Shown one piece after another: positions 58,386 to 64,000 of a DNA stretch of 64,000 nucleotides. The position numbers and the translations under genes are program-made. The first letter of the stretch is position 1, and each line of letters begins with the position of its first letter. The notes under the pieces were generated by a model, which saw nothing but the letters and a program-made list of their open reading frames with translations, was not told the DNA's origin and searched no databases. The stretch is from an uncultured Candidatus Rokubacteria bacterium (GTDB taxonomy: Bacteria; Methylomirabilota; Methylomirabilia; Rokubacteriales; CSP1-6): contig CAVVEU010000027.1 in the NCBI GenBank assembly GCA_963747235.1, forward strand, positions 1-64,000, read 5' to 3'.

Positions 58386-59480
58386 CGCCGCTGCCGGTCG
58401 TGGCGCTGCACGGCGTGCAGGTCTCCCGCGCGGGGCGAATCATTCTGGAGATCCCCGAGCTGGCGGTGGACGCGGGCCAGGTCCTCGCGGTCATCGGGCC
58501 CAACGGCGCGGGCAAGTCCACCCTGCTCCGGGTGATGGGCCTCCTCGAGCCGGCGACGGCGGGCAGCGTGCGCTTCCAGGGCGAGCGCGTGAGCCCGGCC
58601 AAGGGCCTCGCGGTGCGGCGGCGCATGGCCAGCGTCTTCCAGGAGCCCCTCCTTGCCGACACCACGGTCCGGGACGAACGTGACCCTCGGTCTCCGCTTC
58701 CGCGGGGTGGACGGCGGGCGCGTCGCGCCGCGGGTGGACGCGTGGCTCGCGCGGCTCGGCATCGGGCATCTGGCATCCCGCCAGGCGCGCACGCTCTCGG
58801 GGGGCGAGGCGCAGCGGACCGCGCTGGCCCGCGCGCTCGTGCTCGAGCCCGAGCTGCTGCTGCTCGACGAGCCGTTCTCGGCGCTGGACCAGCCCACTCG
58901 CGAGGCGCTGCTCGACGACTTCGCCCGGATCCTGCGCCAGGAGCGCACCACCACCGTGCTGGTGACGCACGATCGCGCCGAGGCCATGACCCTGGGGGAC
59001 CGGGTCGGCGTCCTCATGGGCGGTCGCCTCGTGCAGCTCGACGACGCGGCCCAGGTGTTCCGGGCGCCCGCCTCCGAGGACGTGGCGCGCTTCGTGGGCG
59101 TCGAGACCATCCTCGACGGGCAGGTCGTCGAGTGGACGCGGGACCTGGCCCTGGTGGACGTCGGGGGCCAGATGGTCGAGGTCGCGCAGCGGGCCGAGCC
59201 GGGCGAGCGCGTGCGTCTCTGCGTGAGGCCGGAGGACGTGACCATCTTCCCCGGTGTCCCCAAGCCCGGGGGGACGCGTGAGTTCAACCGGCTGGGTGGC
59301 ACGGTGCAGCGCCTGGTGCCGAGTGGGCCCCATGTCCGCGTCGTGATTGACTGTGGGTTCCCCCTCGTCGCCCTGGTCACGCAACGCTCCGTGGAGGAGC
59401 TGGGCTTCGTCGCGGGCAGCCCGGTGACCGCGCATTTCAAGGCCACCGCCCCCCATCTCCTGCGCCACGCCAAGCCTTGA
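58382..59480 (+). CDS. TupC-like ABC ATPase with TOBE domain (frameshift near 58675)
   Basis: GPNGAGKS, LSGGEAQR, C-terminal ALVT..S..ELG..FKATA. Confidence 0.85.
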
Positions 59481-59506
59481 CAGTCCGAAGAGGCGGGGAG
59501 TATAAC
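59477..59506 (+). promoter_or_regulatory. Sigma70-type promoter
   Basis: TTGACA, 18 nt spacer, TATAAC upstream of DUF465-moaC. Confidence 0.7.
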
Positions 59507-59559
59507 GCGGGTACTGGCGCTGGTTGGGGCAGGGTCAACCGCCTCGCAAGGAGGTCCGC

Positions 59560-59790
59560 ATGCCCGACACGGAAGCTTTCATCGAGCGACTCACCGCCGA
59601 GAACCACGACTTCCGCACCCTCCGCGAAGAGCACCACCGCTACGAGCGGGAGCTGGACGCGCTGAACACGCGCGGGTTCCTGGCCCCCGATCAGCAGTGG
59701 CGCGTGAGCGAGCTGAAGAAGCTCAAGCTCATCGCGAAGGATCGGATGGAGACCCTGCTCCGGCACGCGCGCGCCGCGACCCACGCCTGA
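59560..59790 (+). CDS. DUF465 / YdcH family protein
   Basis: AAGGAGG SD; FRTLREEH...[12 protein letters not shown]. Confidence 0.85.
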   Translation: MPDTEAFIERLTAENHDFRTLREEHHRYERELDALNTRGFLAPDQQWRVSELKKLKLIAKDRMETLLRHARAATHA

Positions 59791-59828
59791 GTCGGGTTCC
59801 CACCCGACCGATGTCCCCGTCCCGGGAG

Positions 59829-60321
59829 ATGCCGGGCTTTCGTGGCCTCTCCCACCTGAATCCTGCCGGTGAAGCCCGGATGGTGGACGTCTCCGCCAAG
59901 TCGGAGACCGTCCGGGAGGCCACCGCCCGCGTCACCATCAAGATGAAGGCGGCCACCCTGGCCGCGGTGCGCGCCGGCCAGCTCGCGAAGGGCGACGTGC
60001 TCGGGGTCGCCCGCACCGCCGGCATCATGGCGGCCAAGCGCACGCCCGACCTGATTCCCCTCTGCCACCCGCTGCGCATCACCGGCGTGGACGTGGAGTT
60101 CGCGCTCGACGCGCGCCGCTCCACGATCACGGTGCACGCGCGGGTGCGCACGGTGGACAAGACCGGCGTGGAGATGGAAGCGCTGACCGCGGCCGCGGTG
60201 GCCGGCCTCACCGTGTACGACATGGTCAAGGCGGTGGACAAGGGGATCGTCCTCACCGACCTCTGCCTCGTGCGAAAAATCAGGCGGCAAGTCCGGTCCC
60301 TGGACCCGCAAGAAATCATGA
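59829..60321 (+). CDS. moaC: Cyclic pyranopterin monophosphate synthase (frameshift near 60280)
   Basis: [32 protein letters not shown]; KSGGKSG tail in the shifted frame. Confidence 0.93.
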
Positions 60322-61448
60322 CCACCACCGCGATCATCTACTCCGACGAGTGGCGCCAGTTCGACTACGGGCCCGAGCATCCGCTTCGCATGGAGCGGCT
60401 CGGGCTCACCTGGCGGCTGATGGAGGCCTACGGCCTCACCGCGCTGCCGCGCGCGAAGGTCTGGGCCCCCGAGCGCGCCGAGCTCGACGAGATCGCCCGC
60501 TTCCACTCGCGCGAGTACATCGAGATCCTGCGCGCGGTGAGCGCGGGCGACTGGGTGCCGCACGCGGCCAGCTACGGGCTCGGCCCCGGCGACAACCCGA
60601 TCTTCCCGGGGCTCTGGGAGGCCGCGCAGCTCGGCGCCGGGGGCTCGCTGCTGGCGGCCCGGCTGGTCGCCGACGGGGAGGCCACGCGGGCTTTCCACTT
60701 CGCGGGCGGGCTCCATCACGCCATGCCCGGGCGCGCGTCCGGGTTCTGCTACGTCAACGACGCGGTCCTGGCCATCATGCGCCTCCGGCAGCGGGGCCTG
60801 CGGGTCGCCTACGTGGACATCGACGCGCATCACGGCGACGGGGTGCAGTTCGCGTTCTACGACGATCCCAACGTGCTCACCATCTCCACCCACGAGCGCG
60901 GCGACCGGCTCTTCCCGGGCACCGGCTTCGTGGTGGAGATGGGCGAGGGCGCGGGCCTCGGGTACTCGGTCAACGTGCCGCTCCAGCCGCTCACCGACGA
61001 CGCGGTCTACCACGAGGCCTTCGAGGCGGTGGTCCCGCCGCTGGTGACCGCGTTCAAGCCCGACGCCCTGGTCATCCAGCTCGGCATCGATTCGCACCGG
61101 ACCGATCCGCTCACCCACCTGAGCCTCACCGTGCAGGGCTTCACCCGCGCGGTGAAGCGCCTGCTGCCCCTGGCGCCCCGGGTGGTCGCGCTGGGCGGCG
61201 GCGGCTACGACCTGACCAACGTGGCCCGGGCCTGGACGGCGGCGTGGGCGGCCATGAACGACGTGGACCTGCCCCCGGACCTGCCGCGCGAGAGCCACCG
61301 GGACATGCAGCGGCTCGGGCTGGGGACCCTGTCCCTGAACGACCCGGTCGAGGTCCTGCCCCCCGACACCCGCCGCTGGGCCGAGGAGTACGCGCGCCGC
61401 CAGGTGGGGGAGATCCAGGACAGGATATTCCCGCTGCACGGGCTGTAG
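60318..61448 (+). CDS. Histone deacetylase family protein (AcuC-like)
   Basis: [35 protein letters not shown]. Confidence 0.92.
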   Translation: MTTTAIIYSDEWRQFDYGPEHPLRMERLGLTWRLMEAYGLTALPRAKVWAPERAELDEIARFHSREYIEILRAVSAGDWVPHAASYGLGPGDNPIFPGLWEAAQLGAGGSLLAARLVADGEATRAFHFAGGLHHAMPGRASGFCYVNDAVLAIMRLRQRGLRVAYVDIDAHHGDGVQFAFYDDPNVLTISTHERGDRLFPGTGFVVEMGEGAGLGYSVNVPLQPLTDDAVYHEAFEAVVPPLVTAFKPDALVIQLGIDSHRTDPLTHLSLTVQGFTRAVKRLLPLAPRVVALGGGGYDLTNVARAWTAAWAAMNDVDLPPDLPRESHRDMQRLGLGTLSLNDPVEVLPPDTRRWAEEYARRQVGEIQDRIFPLHGL

Positions 61449-61457
61449 AATCGGGGG

Positions 61458-62915
61458 GTGGATACGACCCCCGTCACCGCGACCGTGGCCCCCGCCGCCC
61501 CTGAGATGATCGCGGCCACGGCGGCTCCGCCGGATCAGATCGCCATCCGCGTGCCCCTGAAGGTCAAGCTGAGCCTCCTGATCACCGCGCTCGTGGTCCT
61601 GGCCGTCGCCCTGGTCGGCCTCTTCCTCCTCCGCCAGCAGCAGCAGAGCCTGACCGCGGAGATGACCAAGCGCGGGCTCACCATGGCGGAGAACTTCGCG
61701 GCGGGGGCCAAGACCCCGCTGCTCACCAATGACGAGCTGACGCTCGGCGTGCTGGTGACCGACGCGATGAAGGATCCGGACGTGGCCTACGTGATCGTCT
61801 CGGACCAGGACGGCAACGTGCTCGCCCACTCCGACGCCCGCGCGGTGAAGACCGCGGTGGTGCGGCCCAAGGAGCTCGAGCCGCTCAAGAACCGGGTGCT
61901 GGTCCAGACCTACAAGACGCCGCAGGGCCGCATCATCGACTTCGCGGTGCCGCTGGTCTACGGCGGCGTGCCGGTCGGCGCGCTCTACCTGGGCTTCAGC
62001 GAGGAGGCGATCAACGCCGCGCTCGCGAGCGCGCGCAACCAGGCCCTGCTGATCACGCTGCTCATGGTCCTGGCCGGGCTCGGCGGCGCGGTGGGCCTGG
62101 CCGCGCTGCTCTCGCGCCCGATCTTCCGCCTCGTGCAGGCCACCGGGGCGATCGCGGCCGGCAACTTCAACATCGCGCTGCCGGTCGCCTCCCGCGACGA
62201 GCTGGGCGTGCTGACCGACTCCTTCAACCGCATGGCGCGCAGCCTCCGCGAGAAGGAGATGATCAAGCGCGCGTTCACGCGCTACGTGGCGCGCGAGGTG
62301 GTGGAGGAGATCCTGAAGGATCCGGAGAACCTGGTGCTCTCCGGCGAGCGGCGCCAGGTCACCGTGCTCTTCTGCGACGTCCGCGGGTTCACGCCGATGT
62401 CGGAGCGGCTCGCCCCGGAAGAGGTCGTGCTGCTGCTCAACGACTTCTACACCCTGATGATCGAGACCACCTTCAAGTACGACGGCACCCTCGACAAGTT
62501 CCTGGGCGACGCGGTGATGGCGGTCTTCGGGGCGCCCATGGCCCATCCCGACCACTCCGCGCGCGCCATCCGGACCGCGCTCGCCATGCAGGAAGGGATT
62601 ACCGGCCTCAACGAGCGCCGGCTCCGTGACGGCAAGGAGTCCATCTCGGTCGGCATCGGGGTCAGCGCGGGCGAGGCGGTGGCGGGCACGGTGGGCACCG
62701 AGGACCGCATGGAGTACACCGTGATCGGCGACAGCGTGAACCTCGCGGCCCGGCTCGAGTCCAACGCCAAGCCCGGGCAGATCCTCATCAGCCACCGCAC
62801 CTACGAGCGGGTGCGCGACCTGGTGGACGCGCGCCCGCTGGGGCGCATCCGGGTCAAGGGCAAGGAAGAGGAGGTCGAGGTCTACGAGGTGCTCGGCCTG
62901 ACGCCCGTAGTGTGA
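61458..62915 (+). CDS. Membrane class III adenylate cyclase with periplasmic sensor and HAMP domain
   Basis: Two TM helices, DELGVL, LFCDVRGFT, DKFLGDA, YTVIGDSVNLAARLE. Confidence 0.92.
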   Translation: MDTTPVTATVAPAAPEMIAATAAPPDQIAIRVPLKVKLSLLITALVVLAVALVGLFLLRQQQQSLTAEMTKRGLTMAENFAAGAKTPLLTNDELTLGVLVTDAMKDPDVAYVIVSDQDGNVLAHSDARAVKTAVVRPKELEPLKNRVLVQTYKTPQGRIIDFAVPLVYGGVPVGALYLGFSEEAINAALASARNQALLITLLMVLAGLGGAVGLAALLSRPIFRLVQATGAIAAGNFNIALPVASRDELGVLTDSFNRMARSLREKEMIKRAFTRYVAREVVEEILKDPENLVLSGERRQVTVLFCDVRGFTPMSERLAPEEVVLLLNDFYTLMIETTFKYDGTLDKFLGDAVMAVFGAPMAHPDHSARAIRTALAMQEGITGLNERRLRDGKESISVGIGVSAGEAVAGTVGTEDRMEYTVIGDSVNLAARLESNAKPGQILISHRTYERVRDLVDARPLGRIRVKGKEEEVEVYEVLGLTPVV

Positions 62916-62949
62916 GCCGGTTCTCGTCCCGGCAGCGTAGGATATGGGG

Positions 62950-63990
62950 ATGATGATGCGACGCGTGCGTGGATCGAGCCTCCTGGTGAGCGCCGCCGCG
63001 CTGTGGCTGACCGCGTGCGCCACCGCGAGCGCGCCCGCGCCCGGCCCGGCGCCCGCCGCCGCGCCCGCGAAGGCGCCGCCGCGTCCCGCCGCGTATCAGT
63101 CGGAAGACTTCATCGTCACCTTCGCCCAGCCCGGCGACACGCCCGAGACGCTCGCCGAGCGCTACCTGGGCGGCGCCGACAAGGGCTGGATGATCGAGGA
63201 CTACACCGGGCTCCGCGCCTTCGCGCCCGGCCAGGAGGTCGTGATCCCGCGCCGGCCGTGGAACCCGGCCGGGGTGACGCCGGGCGGCTACCAGATCGTG
63301 CCGATCCTCACCTATCACAACCTGGGCGAGCAGGCGAAGGGCCGGCTGGTGCTGGCCGCCGCGAGCTTCCGCGAGCAGATGCGGTATCTGAAGACCAACG
63401 GCTACCGCGTGGTGAGCCTCGCCGACTTCGTCGAGTTCACCCGCCTCAACCGCCAGCTCCCGCAGCGCGCCGTCGTGCTCACCTTCGACGACGGCTACCA
63501 TGCGTTCAAGGACCACGCCTATCCGGTCCTCAAGGAGCTGGGCTTCACCGCCACCCTCTTCATCTACACGGACTGGGTTGGCGCGGGCCGGGCCGCGCTC
63601 TCCTGGGCGGAGCTACGCGAGCTGTCCGCCGCGGGCATGGACATCCAGGCCCACAGCAAGACCCACGCGGACCTGCGTCGCGCGCAGGGCGAGACGGAGG
63701 CCCAGTACGCGCGGCGGATGCAGGCGGAGCTCGAGCAGCCGCAGGATCTCTTCAACCGCAACCTCGGCCGCCGGAGCCAGATCCTGGCCTATCCGTATGG
63801 GCGCTGGGAGGAAGGCCTGCTGCCCAAGGTGAGGGAGTACGGCTACATCGCCGCCTTCTCGGTGCGCCGGCAGGGCAATGCCGCGTTCGTGCGGCCGCTC
63901 GCGGGGCACCGGAGCCAGATCTACTCCGAGATGACGCTCGACGACTTCGTCAAGAACCTGAACGTCTTCCAGGAGGAGAACCTGAGGTGA
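62950..63990 (+). CDS. Lipoprotein polysaccharide deacetylase with LysM-like domain
   Basis: Lipobox LTAC, QPGDT..TLAERYLG, ILTYH, LTFDDG, HSKTH, AYPYG. Confidence 0.88.
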   Translation: MMMRRVRGSSLLVSAAALWLTACATASAPAPGPAPAAAPAKAPPRPAAYQSEDFIVTFAQPGDTPETLAERYLGGADKGWMIEDYTGLRAFAPGQEVVIPRRPWNPAGVTPGGYQIVPILTYHNLGEQAKGRLVLAAASFREQMRYLKTNGYRVVSLADFVEFTRLNRQLPQRAVVLTFDDGYHAFKDHAYPVLKELGFTATLFIYTDWVGAGRAALSWAELRELSAAGMDIQAHSKTHADLRRAQGETEAQYARRMQAELEQPQDLFNRNLGRRSQILAYPYGRWEEGLLPKVREYGYIAAFSVRRQGNAAFVRPLAGHRSQIYSEMTLDDFVKNLNVFQEENLR

Positions 63991-64000
63991 TCGCCGCGGG

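Noticed and set aside
59697-61448. Apparent MoaC-deacetylase fusion
   Set aside because: The MoaC KSGGKSG tail and stop are in a shifted frame, and the deacetylase has its own ATG at 60318 overlapping that stop.

Overview
High-GC bacterial chromosomal window with no prophage or CRISPR array. An outer-membrane beta-barrel gene indicates a diderm, and the gene content suggests Rokubacteria/Methylomirabilota (inference only). More than 15 otherwise intact genes, including ispG, tig and typA, are split by small indels, which fits long-read consensus error better than real pseudogenes. Main blocks: (1) an AAA+/VWA operon joined to the MSMEG_4193-DUF3090-SCO1664 trio; (2) a cryptic RAPP-motif leader gene whose Pro-Pro-Arg codons are complementary to the Shine-Dalgarno of a downstream small secreted Cys/His protein; (3) a hexokinase-gnd-HAD-phosphoketolase-ackA-pgi operon; (4) tRNA-Leu-tig-clpP-clpX and other housekeeping genes; (5) a doubly deleted RAYT transposase remnant between inverted repeats, plus REP-like hairpins; (6) an ~18 kb Mo/W/Se/S region containing Prx-TrxR-TusA-DsrE, MucR and two TOBE-less ModE-like regulators, a xanthine-dehydrogenase-family enzyme followed by an oxidoreductase-SelD fusion, interleaved tup and mod transporters, and moaC. 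A palindrome, TATGC-N8-GCATA, recurs at the regulatory junctions of block 6.
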